Below the pieces are notes generated by a model. The model saw nothing but the letters and a program-made list of their open reading frames with translations. It was not told the origin of the DNA and did not search any database. DNA of 64,000 nucleotides, taken from the NCBI GenBank assembly GCA_038882975.1, contig JAVZNE010000003.1, positions 51,985 to 115,984 of the forward strand, written 5' to 3'. The stretch is from Candidatus Bathyarchaeia archaeon. Lineage in GTDB: Archaea > Thermoproteota > Bathyarchaeia > Bathyarchaeales > Bathycorpusculaceae. Of this stretch, positions 1 to 9,927 are shown piece by piece (positions within the stretch are counted from its first letter, which is position 1; the number at the start of each line of letters is the position of its first letter). The translations under genes were made by a program, and so were the position numbers.

Positions 1-149
1 CATGAACAAGGACATTTTTGGGTCGGCTTGCCCTCCCAAACCCGGAAAGGTGAGAGAATCCGATTAGAGGGGAAAAATAAACTTTTTGGCAGAGGCCCTG
101 AAACCGGCATGTTCAGAGGCTTATACAAAATAGCAATACGGGTCGAAAG

Positions 150-614
150 CTATTTTGTGACTAGGACGGGGCAAGGGGAGTGTCTTATAACTCCGTCGCT
201 TACGCTTCCAAGAATGAGTTCCTTAATCTTGCTTATTCCCCGGGCGCCCATGACAATTAGGTCAAACTTGCCTTCTTCGGCTGTTTTAACGATTTCGTGG
301 ACAATGTGTCCTTCCCTAAGCATGGTTTCAGCCTCAACGCCCTCAGCTTGGACTTTCTCCTTGCCTTGGGCTAGTATTCTGGCTCCAGCCTCCCTAACGG
401 CTTCAGCTAGCCTCGAATATTCTGTAGGAGCCATTATGGGTATCCCAGGCGTCAATGTTGATGGTTCTGGAACAATTACTGGTCTAACGCTTACGGAATA
501 AACATGGATTAGGGTGATTTTTCCATCAAACTTTTTAGCTATTTTTATGGCGGTGTCCAGCGCCCTTAAAGAGTGTTCAGATCCGTCAAGAGGAACAAGA
601 ATTTTACTAAACAA
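150..614 (-). CDS. Universal stress protein (UspA family)
   Basis: ILVPLDGSEHS N-terminus; IVMGARG...LILGSVSDGVIRHSPCPVLV signature. Confidence 0.95.
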   Translation of the reverse strand: MFSKILVPLDGSEHSLRALDTAIKIAKKFDGKITLIHVYSVSVRPVIVPEPSTLTPGIPIMAPTEYSRLAEAVREAGARILAQGKEKVQAEGVEAETMLREGHIVHEIVKTAEEGKFDLIVMGARGISKIKELILGSVSDGVIRHSPCPVLVTK

Positions 615-691
615 GGATTATCTCCAATTTTCTTAGCGGCTTTTTTCTTAAATATGCTTTTTGATTATAAAAACGGTTAGTGGTTGCGCGT

Positions 692-934
692 TTAAAGAAG
701 TGAAAAGTCTGTGGATTTTATCTTTCCCTTCGCGTCGATAACTACTTCGAATTTTTCAGCCCATGGGTGTCCTTCCAAGTCTATGGGGCATGTTCCCTTA
801 ATAACCCAGCACCCGTTTCGCTGTTCGATTGAGGATATGTCTATCCTTTCAGTGTTCTTCCTCTTTTTCAGGTATTCTATGGCGATTTGTTGGGCATCCT
901 TTTCCATAAGCACCTTCAACGTGGGCATCCTCAT
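692..934 (-). CDS. Small hypothetical protein (PepSY-like alpha/beta pattern)
   Basis: 80-aa ORF, AQQIAIEYL...FEVVIDAKGKI pattern; family assignment tentative. Confidence 0.65.
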   Translation of the reverse strand: MRMPTLKVLMEKDAQQIAIEYLKKRKNTERIDISSIEQRNGCWVIKGTCPIDLEGHPWAEKFEVVIDAKGKIKSTDFSLL

Positions 935-1081
935 CCAGCTCTTTCATAGTCGGAATCCGAAGCATTAAAAGTTATGAAGCCGTAATCATTAGCAAAACTA
1001 AACACAAACGAAACGGCGATAGGTTCAAATTTTATGAAAACCGTTTAACACTTGAAAAGAGGCTTTGGAAAAGTCGGGTTT

Positions 1082-2164
1082 ATGGCTGAGAAAAGGCGCA
1101 TAATCCTTCATGTTGACATGGACCACTTCTTCACAGCTATAGAGGAGCGGGAGCACCCAGAATACCGTAGAAAGCCAGTTATTGTGGGTGCAGACCCAAA
1201 GGAGGGGAAAGGGCGAGGCGTTGTTAGCACATGCAACTATGAAGCCCGCAAGTACGGCGTAAGATCCGGCATGCCCATCTCAAGGGCTTGGAAACTCTGT
1301 CCAAACGCCGTCTACCTACCAGTAAACTATGAGCTTTACACAAAAGTTTCAGAGAGGATTATGGCTATTCTGCGGAAATACGCTGACAAGTTTGAAAGCT
1401 GGGGAATAGACGAAGCCTTTTTGGATGTAACTTCAAGGGTTAAGGATTACGCTGAAGCAGAAGCCCTAGCCCGCCAAATAAAAAGGGAAATCCTAGAAAA
1501 GGAGGGGCTCACATGCTCGATTGGAATTGGACCCAACAAACTTGTAGCTAAAATAGCCAGCGACTACCAGAAACCAGACGGCTTAACAGTCGTCAAAGAG
1601 GAGGAAGCCGAAAAGTTTCTCGCTCCGCTGCCGGTTCGCAAGCTCTTGTGGGTTGGACGTAAAACAGAGCAGAAGCTCCGAGCCATGGGAATAAAAACTA
1701 TTGGGGATTTAGCCCGCTATGACCCAACAGTGCTGACAGAACACTTCGGAGTGGTGGGAACCCAGCTTTATTTGATGGCGCACGGCATAGACAAAAGCGA
1801 GGTTGAAGAGCAGCGCCAAATAAAGTCCATAAGCCGGGACATAACCTTCGAGGAGGACACATCGGACTTCAACCTCGTGCTCAACACTTTGGAAAGGCTT
1901 GCGGAAGAAGTCCACAACGACCTCATGAGGCAGCAGTTGTATTTTAAGACAGTGACGGTGCGGGTTCGCTACGAAAACTTCGAAACCCACACCCACAGCA
2001 AAACACTACCCTTCATAACAAACCGCCTACAAGACATAAAGAAAACAGCCAAAGAACTCATACAAGACTACCTAAAACCGGAACGGAAAATACGACTAAT
2101 AGGCGTAAGGATCTCAAACTTCACGTCAGCGGAAAAACAAAAAACCCTTGACACCGCCAGTTAA
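1082..2164 (+). CDS. dinB: DNA polymerase IV (Y family, DinB/Dbh)
   Basis: HVDMDHFF, CNYEARKYGVRSGM, GIDEAFLD, KPDG motifs; ATG at 1082 chosen. Confidence 0.97.
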   Translation: MAEKRRIILHVDMDHFFTAIEEREHPEYRRKPVIVGADPKEGKGRGVVSTCNYEARKYGVRSGMPISRAWKLCPNAVYLPVNYELYTKVSERIMAILRKYADKFESWGIDEAFLDVTSRVKDYAEAEALARQIKREILEKEGLTCSIGIGPNKLVAKIASDYQKPDGLTVVKEEEAEKFLAPLPVRKLLWVGRKTEQKLRAMGIKTIGDLARYDPTVLTEHFGVVGTQLYLMAHGIDKSEVEEQRQIKSISRDITFEEDTSDFNLVLNTLERLAEEVHNDLMRQQLYFKTVTVRVRYENFETHTHSKTLPFITNRLQDIKKTAKELIQDYLKPERKIRLIGVRISNFTSAEKQKTLDTAS

Positions 2165-2309
2165 GTTTTGCGGCTTTTCTCGTGTGCCTTCATGGTTTTC
2201 TTTGGCAAACTCTTATATGGGAATGGGTAGCCTATACTGTGGCGTGCAAAACTGCTTTTCAAAGGGCGGCTTTTGCACAAAATAAATTAGAAGGAGTTGA
2301 ATAGGCGAA

Positions 2310-2450
2310 ATGTCTGGTAAAGAGATGCACAAGGCAGTCTGTTCTGATTGCGGTCAAGAGTGCGAAGTTCCTTTCGTTCCAGACCCAAGCAGACCAGTTT
2401 ACTGTCGAGAGTGCTGGATGAAGAGAAGAAATCAAAGGCGAAGGTATTAG
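2310..2450 (+). CDS. CxxC-x17-CxxC zinc-binding small protein (46 aa, not in ORF track)
   Basis: Hand translation MSGKEMHKAVCSDCGQECEVPFVPDPSRPVYCRECWMKRRNQRRRY; GGAG upstream. Confidence 0.9.
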   Translation: MSGKEMHKAVCSDCGQECEVPFVPDPSRPVYCRECWMKRRNQRRRY

Positions 2451-2502
2451 CAAGCAGACTTACAATTTTAAATGTTTTCTAGTTTCCAGTTTTTTATTTT
2501 CG

Positions 2503-3051
2503 CTATTTTTGTGGCATTTTGAACTCCCAACTGCACCAGAGATTTTGCGGGTGCTTGTCAGGTGGGCAGACGAGGCAGTTAACCTCAACTTTTGGGTTCA
2601 AGGTTTTTGCAAAATTCTTTAAGTAGCCAAACCGGACACGTTTGCATGGAAATTCGCCCAAACCCTTATTTAGTCTAGCCTCCTGTGTTCTGCAACGGTT
2701 TACACTTAAAACGGCTTTTTCGGCGGAAACCTCCACAGTTTTGAAGGGCTGATCTAAAGCCCAACTTGTCAAACGCAAAAGCCTCATAATCGTTGGAATG
2801 TCCGGGTTTTCGCCCACACCAAACATTCTTTGAAGGCTTTTGGCTTCGATGGCAGCCATAGCCTCCCAAACACCAGCATCAATTTCAGTCGCCGCTTCAG
2901 TTCCAAACTTCCTCTCTATTCCAAGGAAGTATAAGCCGTCAACCCGCCACAAATTCCTAATCTGCAAGAAGAAATAGTCCATGAGTTTTTCCATGGGGAT
3001 TTTAGCCAGCATTTCACGGTCTTCGCGGCTTCCGGGTGGATACTCAGCCAT
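2503..3051 (-). CDS. DUF6125-like / V4R-related Cys-containing protein
   Basis: WRVDGLYF...CRTQEAR...FPCK...CLVCPPD...WCSWEF pattern. Confidence 0.75.
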   Translation of the reverse strand: MAEYPPGSREDREMLAKIPMEKLMDYFFLQIRNLWRVDGLYFLGIERKFGTEAATEIDAGVWEAMAAIEAKSLQRMFGVGENPDIPTIMRLLRLTSWALDQPFKTVEVSAEKAVLSVNRCRTQEARLNKGLGEFPCKRVRFGYLKNFAKTLNPKVEVNCLVCPPDKHPQNLWCSWEFKMPQK

Positions 3052-3289
3052 AACATTTTCACCTTTTGAGGAGATAATAAACGTCTTGATGGTCTTTAAG
3101 CTTAATCATAGGCTGAAGTTCAAATGGGGGAATTATGGGTGACTATCGGAATTTCCGTGCGTTGGGAAGCCTACCTAACCTATTACATTGATGATGTTTA
3201 AATAGAGGTTTCCTAAGAACGCCACAAGTTTTAATATTAAAAATTGCAAAGTCACTCTTCACCTTTAATTAGTTAATAAGGGAACTGAC

Positions 3290-4093
3290 ATGAGCCTTGA
3301 CCAGTTGATAAGAGCCTTGATTTTAGGTGTTATTCAGGGTTTGACGGAGTGGTTTCCTATATCCAGCACTGGACACTTGAAGCTTGCTGAAAGGGCTTTA
3401 AACCTAACGCTTCCAGTGCTTTTTGACGTTGTTCTCCATATTGGAACATTAGCCGTCGTTGTAGCCTTTTTCAGAGGGGACGCCCAAAAAATCTTGTCAG
3501 CCTTTAAACGCCTAGATTTCAAGTCTGATTATGGAAAATTTATTCCGCTTATAATTGTTGGGACGATACCGACCATTATTATTGGATTGGTTTTTCACGT
3601 GTTTTTGGAGGATGTTTTCGGCGAAATTTTGGTTATAGCGTTGGCTTTTATTGTGTGCGGTGTGGTGCTGTGCCTCGCGGGAGTTGGAAGGGAGAGGGCG
3701 GATGAAATTGGTTTTTGGCAAGCCTTTTTGATTGGTGTTGCCCAAGGCATAGCGGTTGTTCCAGGGCTTTCTAGAAGCGGCTTAACGATTACTGCGGCTC
3801 TTCTGCTTGGAATAAAGCGTGAAAAAGCCTTCAAATTCTCCTTTCTACTGTCGATTCCAGCCGTAATAGGCGCCTTGGCACTAACCCTTTCCGAGCAATT
3901 TAATGTGTTAGCGGCTTCAAGTTTTGGTTTCGCCGAAGTTGCCTTTGGCACGGTTGTAGCTATGGTTGTTGGCTACCTTGCCCTGAAACTTCTTTGGAAA
4001 ACAATTGCAGGTGGGAAGTTTCACCTTTTCGCGTTTTACTGCTGGGCTCTAGGCGTATCCCTAATAGCCGCCTCATGCCTGCGCGTCATCTAG
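3290..4093 (+). CDS. uppP: Undecaprenyl-diphosphate phosphatase (BacA/UppP)
   Basis: QGLTEWFPISSTGHL and PGLSRSG motifs; multiple TM segments. Confidence 0.95.
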   Translation: MSLDQLIRALILGVIQGLTEWFPISSTGHLKLAERALNLTLPVLFDVVLHIGTLAVVVAFFRGDAQKILSAFKRLDFKSDYGKFIPLIIVGTIPTIIIGLVFHVFLEDVFGEILVIALAFIVCGVVLCLAGVGRERADEIGFWQAFLIGVAQGIAVVPGLSRSGLTITAALLLGIKREKAFKFSFLLSIPAVIGALALTLSEQFNVLAASSFGFAEVAFGTVVAMVVGYLALKLLWKTIAGGKFHLFAFYCWALGVSLIAASCLRVI

Positions 4094-5503
4094 CCACTTC
4101 GGCTTGCCAGACAGAAACTCTGTGAGGAACCTTGCAAACTCGCTGTCTTTTTCGTAGATTTCCGCTATTTCCTCGTTGACCAAAATTTTGAATCCATGCT
4201 GGAGCACTCGCGCTATTTCTCTGGCTACCCCAGCGTTTCTCCCGCCATCTCTAAGCCTTTCGTACAGGATGGCGGCTGCGTCCGTGTGTTTCCTCCTAAT
4301 TTGGATGATCCATCTTCCGTCTTCGATGTATGGGCCAGCAACTGTTCCATTGTTGGCAGCATATTTGGCCAGAAAGTTTTTGCATTCCCTCTCCTTCTCC
4401 ATTGGTGGTCCCAGATGCTTCTTTACTGGTGGTAGGTAGCGGCTTTCAATTTCGAATATGAAGACGTTTAGGTCTTTCTCGTTGCTCCATGATGTGCACC
4501 GCAATAAGCCAAAATCATTAAGCTCAAGAAGCTTTGTCAGTGAACGTTGAGACTTGTAAAGCTGACCCCACAAGACGTCTGGAACCGCTTCAACTTTTCC
4601 AAAAACCACAAAAATTGTTGTGGAGCCGCGGGTGCTTATTTTTGCTTTAAGCTCCTTTGTTGCAAGTGGCTTTGTTTCTGGCGGATAGAAGAATTTTAGG
4701 CTTGGCTTCTCTAGGAAGGCTCTGGCTGCCGCCACAAAGGTGTAAAGTTTTTGGGACTGCACGGCTGAAGCCACGTTTCTCCCCTTGTCAACGGGGTCAA
4801 CTATCACTAGAGGTTCACCAAACAACAGTGGCAGCTCGTCCTCCCTTCCCCTATAATGGTTTTCTATGTCAACGATTATGCGCCTTTTATGCTGTGCGAA
4901 AGCCCTCAATGTGTTGGCGAAACTTCCATAATTTATGATTAGGAGTTCGCATAGGTACCCGCTGAAGCCTCCAACCTTTATTTCGGCACCGTAAACGCCC
5001 ACACCTTTCATAAACTTTTTGAGGAGGCGAACCTCGCCCCGCATTTGGCTTGTTAAACGCTTCTTCACGTAGTCCGTGTGGTATGGCGTTCGGTCTGTGG
5101 CGCTCAACCACTCGCCAGGCTTGGTGTCATAGCATGGCACTATGTTAACTCGAACGTTATCAATGAAAGCCTCCAAGTAGGGGTGTTCAGCGAAGCGCTC
5201 CACTTGCCGTGTGCCTTCAGTTGCCCGCTTAGCTATTTTTAGGGCTATATCGCCCAAAGATTTGCGGGGTATGCTTGTTGGCAAACGCATGAAAACGTCT
5301 ATTTCGGGCTCTTCGCTCAGCCAAGTGTCTTTAGCAACAGAGCCTTCCAAACGAACGACCGCCTTAACACCGAAGTCCGCCGCGGCGGAAGCCACCTTCG
5401 CTTCCAACTCCTTCGCCAAAGCCTCTATTTTCTCACGTTCCTCTTTTCTGGGCGTAACCCTCTCCAAAACCGTTTTGCAGACTTTTTCCAGTTCAGCAGA
5501 CAT
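4073..5503 (-). CDS. cca: Archaeal class I CCA-adding enzyme
   Basis: GSVAKDTWL..EIDVF, AEHPY, DRTPYHT, GGFSGYLCELL, DPVDKGRNVA. Confidence 0.96.
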   Translation of the reverse strand: MSAELEKVCKTVLERVTPRKEEREKIEALAKELEAKVASAAADFGVKAVVRLEGSVAKDTWLSEEPEIDVFMRLPTSIPRKSLGDIALKIAKRATEGTRQVERFAEHPYLEAFIDNVRVNIVPCYDTKPGEWLSATDRTPYHTDYVKKRLTSQMRGEVRLLKKFMKGVGVYGAEIKVGGFSGYLCELLIINYGSFANTLRAFAQHKRRIIVDIENHYRGREDELPLLFGEPLVIVDPVDKGRNVASAVQSQKLYTFVAAARAFLEKPSLKFFYPPETKPLATKELKAKISTRGSTTIFVVFGKVEAVPDVLWGQLYKSQRSLTKLLELNDFGLLRCTSWSNEKDLNVFIFEIESRYLPPVKKHLGPPMEKERECKNFLAKYAANNGTVAGPYIEDGRWIIQIRRKHTDAAAILYERLRDGGRNAGVAREIARVLQHGFKILVNEEIAEIYEKDSEFARFLTEFLSGKPKWLDDAQA

Positions 5504-5524
5504 AAACAGCCACTTATCCAGCCA

Positions 5525-6115
5525 CTATTTTTGTGGACAATATTCTCTAAGCGTTGAATATATGGGACCTTTAGGTGTTAAGTCGCTCCTCTTAAGCCTT
5601 AAGCATTCTGCCCGTACAACACCAAACTCGTAGTCTGCATTTTCCATCAAAAATTTCACAAGGGCAGCCTTATTCCGCCCACTCTTAACACGGGCAATGG
5701 TTAGGTGGGGGCTAAAACCTTTAGGATCTGGAGCAAAACCTAAACTGCGCAAGTAAGGCTCAAGCTGGCTGAAGATGCCCCGTAACTCGTTGGCACCATT
5801 CCTAATACCAGCCCAAACAACCCTAGGATAACGCATGTCTGGAAAGGCGCCAACCCCTTGAATCTTAACGTCAAAGGGCACAAATTGAACCTTCTGCATT
5901 CCTTCAAAAATGCGGTCAATCATGTTTGGGGTTATGTTCCCCAGAAAACGCACTGTTATGTGAATGTTTTTAGGCTCAACAAACTTCAAATCTGCACCAG
6001 TCCCAGCCAGCCGCTTCTGCATATCCGTTATCCTTTCCAGAACACTGACGCTTTCAATGTCAAAGGCTATAAAACTCCTTATGGCCTCTGTCATGGTGTT
6101 CCATTCCTTTTGCAT
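5525..6115 (-). CDS. thpR: RNA 2',3'-cyclic phosphodiesterase (2H family)
   Basis: Two HxT motifs (HITVRFLG, PHLTIAR). Confidence 0.93.
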   Translation of the reverse strand: MQKEWNTMTEAIRSFIAFDIESVSVLERITDMQKRLAGTGADLKFVEPKNIHITVRFLGNITPNMIDRIFEGMQKVQFVPFDVKIQGVGAFPDMRYPRVVWAGIRNGANELRGIFSQLEPYLRSLGFAPDPKGFSPHLTIARVKSGRNKAALVKFLMENADYEFGVVRAECLRLKRSDLTPKGPIYSTLREYCPQK

Positions 6116-6198
6116 ATTTCTGATATAGCATCTTTCATAAATGCTTTTAACGCTTAAGATGGCACTGCTATAAGAATAGGAAAAGAAGGAGCCCCAAA

Positions 6199-6774
6199 AT
6201 GACTGCTGTAGCGACTCAAAAACTGGTTGTCGGTTTAGCTGGGATGCCTGGTGCTGGGAAATCTGTTGTTGTTAATGTTGCGAGGGCTAATGGCTACGGC
6301 GTTGTTGTTATGGGTGATGAGGTTCGTGAAGAAGCAAGGCGAAGAGGTTTAGAGCCGACCCCGGAAAACCTTGGACGGATTATGTTGGAGCTGAGGCGTT
6401 TAGAGGGAGAAGCCATAATTGCGAAGCGGTGCATCTCAAAAATATTGAGAAAAGCCGAGAGCAAAGTCGTTGTGGATGGCATAAGAAGCCTAGCTGAGGT
6501 TGAAGAGTTTAAGCGGCATTTTCCAAAGTTCACGTTAATCGCTGTGCACGCCTCACCTGAAACAAGGTTTAAGCGGCTTTTTCATAGGCAGAGGAGCGAC
6601 GACCCCAAAAACTGGGAAATCTTCCATGAGCGGGACATGAGGGAACTAAGCGTTGGATTGGGAAACGCTATAGCCATGGCTGAGTATATGATAGTTAACG
6701 AGGAAAGCCTAGAAACAGCCAAAAAGCGGGCTGCAACCGTCTTGAAAAGAGTTGAGGAGAAATGGATGAAGTAG
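6199..6774 (+). CDS. P-loop kinase, dephospho-CoA-kinase-like (UPF0200)
   Basis: GMPGAGKS Walker A, VVDGIRS, RxRSDD. Confidence 0.85.
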   Translation: MTAVATQKLVVGLAGMPGAGKSVVVNVARANGYGVVVMGDEVREEARRRGLEPTPENLGRIMLELRRLEGEAIIAKRCISKILRKAESKVVVDGIRSLAEVEEFKRHFPKFTLIAVHASPETRFKRLFHRQRSDDPKNWEIFHERDMRELSVGLGNAIAMAEYMIVNEESLETAKKRAATVLKRVEEKWMK

Positions 6775-7163
6775 AAGTTCACGTGGAGGCGGAGATAAAC
6801 CCAACAGAATCCGAAGAAAAAGTGAGAAGAGCCGTGGAAAACATTTTCGGCGGCATACCAGTCCAAGTAAAGCCCCAACAGAAGGGAAGCTTGCTAACGG
6901 CAGATGCAAAGGGGCTAGAATCCCTAACAAAGCTTTACAATTTACTGCGGAGGGAGCGCATCCGCGATGCTGCGCGGGGAGCCCTGTTTGAAGGCTTGAG
7001 CGAAAAAACTATAACCTTCTATCTGAACAAGCAGGTGGCTTTTGCCGGGCATGTCTCCTTTTCAAAGGCTGTTGCAGAATCCCCCCTCGGACCGATAAAG
7101 GTTCAGATTAAATGCGATGATCCGAGGCAACTGATTGATTGGCTTGCTCCAAAAACAGCTTGA
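6762..7163 (+). CDS. Archaeal RNA-binding protein (UPF0201-like)
   Basis: PTESEEKV..AVENIF, LNKQVAF, SPLGPI, WLAP; usual partner of the preceding kinase. Confidence 0.85.
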   Translation: MDEVEVHVEAEINPTESEEKVRRAVENIFGGIPVQVKPQQKGSLLTADAKGLESLTKLYNLLRRERIRDAARGALFEGLSEKTITFYLNKQVAFAGHVSFSKAVAESPLGPIKVQIKCDDPRQLIDWLAPKTA

Positions 7164-7175
7164 AGAGGCGAAATC

Positions 7176-8177
7176 TTGTCGGGAAAAGCTAGCATAACTG
7201 AGCGTGGCGCCGTCTTACTAGGCAAGAGTGTTGCATGCGACGCCTTCGATGATTCTAAACCTTTGAGGATCGTTACTCATGCACATGCGGATCACATGAT
7301 TGGTTTGCAGCAGAGCCTAAGAACATGCGAGAAAGTGCTCATGACGAAAGCTACAAAAGACCTGATTGACGTTATGAAAAGCCCCCTATTTCTCATGGGC
7401 GGGTACGTGGAAACCCTCGATTATGGAAAAACCATGCATTATGGCGAGGAAAGCATAACACTTTTCCCGGCAGACCACATTTTAGGCGCCTGCCAAGTTC
7501 TTGTTGAGGACGCTGAAGGCGCAAGGATTGTTTACACCGGAGATTTTAGGATTGAGGGCACTCCTGTGTTGGAGGCTGATGTGCTTGTTATGGAAGCCAC
7601 CTATGGAAACCCATCTTGCAGGCGCCCCTTCAACAGCGAAGTCAAAGAACTGCTGATATCCATTGTGAAGGAGGGGATCAAACGCGGTGTTGTTTATGTT
7701 TTCGGTTATCATGGCAAGCTCCAAGAGGTTATGCAGATTCTCCACGACGCTGACATAAAGGCGCCATTCATCGTGCCTCAAAGGGTTTTTCAAATCTCTA
7801 AAATTTGTGAGAGGCATGGAATGCGTATAGGCCGCCTATTACAGCTTGAGGAGAAAGACGCCAAAGAAATGCTTGAGAGGAACCAGCCTTGCTTGGCTTT
7901 TTACCATATGGGTTCTAGGGCTCGTGTTGGGCGTGGCTGCTTCCGCGTCTATGTTAGCGGCTGGGAGTTTGATGTTCCATGCCGTGAAATAGGCGACAAA
8001 GAGTATGTTGTAGCCTTAAGCGACCATTCCGATTTTGATGGTTTGATGGAGTATGTGAGGCGTTCAAGGCCGAAGTTTGTTGTTACGGACAACTTCCGTA
8101 TTGGTTATGCTGAAACTTTGGCTAGGCATATTCAAAAACAGTTTAATATTCGAGCTTTGGCTTTGCCTAGGCGTTAG
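7176..8177 (+). CDS. Metallo-beta-lactamase/beta-CASP-like nuclease
   Basis: THAHADH, HILG, YTGDF, EATYG, SDHSDF motifs. Confidence 0.88.
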   Translation: MSGKASITERGAVLLGKSVACDAFDDSKPLRIVTHAHADHMIGLQQSLRTCEKVLMTKATKDLIDVMKSPLFLMGGYVETLDYGKTMHYGEESITLFPADHILGACQVLVEDAEGARIVYTGDFRIEGTPVLEADVLVMEATYGNPSCRRPFNSEVKELLISIVKEGIKRGVVYVFGYHGKLQEVMQILHDADIKAPFIVPQRVFQISKICERHGMRIGRLLQLEEKDAKEMLERNQPCLAFYHMGSRARVGRGCFRVYVSGWEFDVPCREIGDKEYVVALSDHSDFDGLMEYVRRSRPKFVVTDNFRIGYAETLARHIQKQFNIRALALPRR

Positions 8178-8246
8178 TTTGCCCTTTATGTGTGTAGTGA
8201 GTATTACTACACAAGATTTATCTTTCCCGCCACAGAATTATACTCT

Positions 8247-8273
8247 TGAATTCGGAATTCGAATCCGAATTCA
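8247..8273. promoter_or_regulatory. Perfect inverted repeat, candidate operator
   Basis: TGAATTCGGA-N7-TCCGAATTCA just upstream of a TTAAATA box and the 8320 ATG. Confidence 0.5.
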
Positions 8274-8319
8274 CATGTCTTAAATAAGAAGAAACAAAGA
8301 CCTTCGGGCGGAAAAAGGC

Positions 8320-9027
8320 ATGCCCTCCCCACTACAGCCAGAGTTCTTCTCATTGGTAGGCATAGACCTATTCCTAGCCATGAGCCTTTTAACATGCCTC
8401 TTGGACAGGCATTTTCCATCGCAGCTCCCATACGTCTATCAACTGGCAGCCCTAGCTGGTTTTGGACACCTAATCGTAAGCAGAGAATTCATGGCAACTT
8501 TCGATCCATACATGCGCTTCTGGTACAGCCTCCTATACCTTATAGTGGCTTTAGCCAACATAATAGCCGTAAACGTCTACCTAGGCATAGTTAAAAGGCT
8601 CGTAAGCCACGCCAAGGTTTTCATGGCAGCCGTAACCATTCCAGCCTTAACACTGGCGGCTTTATTCCTATCCAACTATGCTGAAATCGCCTCACATCCG
8701 ATTATTTTGCTTCCTCAGATGGGTTGGGAAGCCGCCTTCGTGGGCATAGTAGCCTTCGACACACTTGTGGTGGGGTTGGGCACCTACATATTCTTCAAGC
8801 CCCGATGGTGGTACATAGCCATAGGCGCAGGCACAGCCATAACAGCCGCAGCCGCCTACGCCGCCTACAAACCAACGTGGGGAGAGGCAGCCTTCATAGC
8901 TTCGGCAGCAGCCCTAGCAATAGCCTGCGCCATAGTCCTAGCCGTAAGCGCCTACGTCCTCGTAAAAATATGGATAGAAACCCTAAAAGAAAGGAAAAAA
9001 AGAAAAGGAGGTGAAACAACAAAATGA
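8320..9027 (+). CDS. Integral membrane protein (about 7 TM), unknown function
   Basis: Repeated hydrophobic segments; ATGA overlap with next gene. Confidence 0.8.
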   Translation: MPSPLQPEFFSLVGIDLFLAMSLLTCLLDRHFPSQLPYVYQLAALAGFGHLIVSREFMATFDPYMRFWYSLLYLIVALANIIAVNVYLGIVKRLVSHAKVFMAAVTIPALTLAALFLSNYAEIASHPIILLPQMGWEAAFVGIVAFDTLVVGLGTYIFFKPRWWYIAIGAGTAITAAAAYAAYKPTWGEAAFIASAAALAIACAIVLAVSAYVLVKIWIETLKERKKRKGGETTK

Positions 9028-9536
9028 AAACAAGTTATAGGAAAATCGCAAAGCTGGTAACGTTACTGGTGACATCACTGATGATCGCTACTGCCAGCGT
9101 GCAAGCTTATCAAGCTTTCATGTACATGGAAGGCTCTATAATCGTTGGTTCTCAAAAAATAGTGTGGATATACAATGGTGCAGAAGATCCAGACGACACG
9201 GTATTGGTTAGTTTAACCGGATTGGAGCCCGGCAAAACTTTGACTTTTAATGGAACTGCATACTTGAAAAACAAGGATACTTCGAATTATACCATTGTTT
9301 CTATTGAAGTAACAAAGGCTGTAGGCTCTAACTTTGAAATATGCAAAGCCTACATATACGAGAACTTCACAACAAGCGGCACATGGACTTTAGTTGGCAC
9401 CTTAAATCTTGCATCAGAGGGCAGCAAAATAGAAAATAAACAGCTGCAGGCTGATGGTTATTACAAGTTTGATTTCGAAATTAGAGCATCATCATCTGGA
9501 AGTGATACTTTCAAGATAAAGGTCACATACCAGTAA
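9024..9536 (+). CDS. Secreted beta-rich protein with signal peptide
   Basis: Basic N-terminus + hydrophobic stretch + ASVQA; SD GGAGGTGA; ends in beta-strand IKVTYQ; T-rich terminator follows. Confidence 0.8.
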   Translation: MKTSYRKIAKLVTLLVTSLMIATASVQAYQAFMYMEGSIIVGSQKIVWIYNGAEDPDDTVLVSLTGLEPGKTLTFNGTAYLKNKDTSNYTIVSIEVTKAVGSNFEICKAYIYENFTTSGTWTLVGTLNLASEGSKIENKQLQADGYYKFDFEIRASSSGSDTFKIKVTYQ

Positions 9537-9696
9537 AACTTCCCTTTTTCTTTGTCTCTTGATTTTTCTTGAATTCTGAAATACAAAATGAAGCTTTAAG
9601 TTGGACATCCTATTTATCAAAATTTGAAACGTGTAGATAAATCAAAGAATAACAAATTTTTTATTTGTCTTTTTAGTATTACTTTTTGGTGGGAAA

Positions 9697-9927
9697 TTGA
9701 GTAGGTATACTACGGTTTCCACTAAAATTCCTTTGGAGCTTAAGGAGAAGATGAAGGAGTTGAAGATTAAGCCTTCTAGGCTTTTGAGGAAAGCCATCGA
9801 AGATGAGGTAAGGCGTAAAGAAGCAGAAAGACTAAAAGAAGAGATTAGAAGGCTTAAGCCTGTCCTTGACAAGGTAAGCGTGGAAGAGGTTGTTAAAGGC
9901 TTGAGAGAGGATAGAACGCGGAGATGA
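9697..9927 (+). CDS. Antitoxin (RHH/CopG-like, VapB type)
   Basis: TVSTKIPLELKEK RHH-like start; ATGA overlap with PIN gene. Confidence 0.8.
   Translation: MSRYTTVSTKIPLELKEKMKELKIKPSRLLRKAIEDEVRRKEAERLKEEIRRLKPVLDKVSVEEVVKGLREDRTRR

Noticed and set aside
7176-8177. Part of a ligase-associated Lhr-Exo-Lig repair cluster
   Set aside because: 13 kb from the ligase, embedded in an RNA-metabolism operon, with no Lhr or phosphoesterase nearby.
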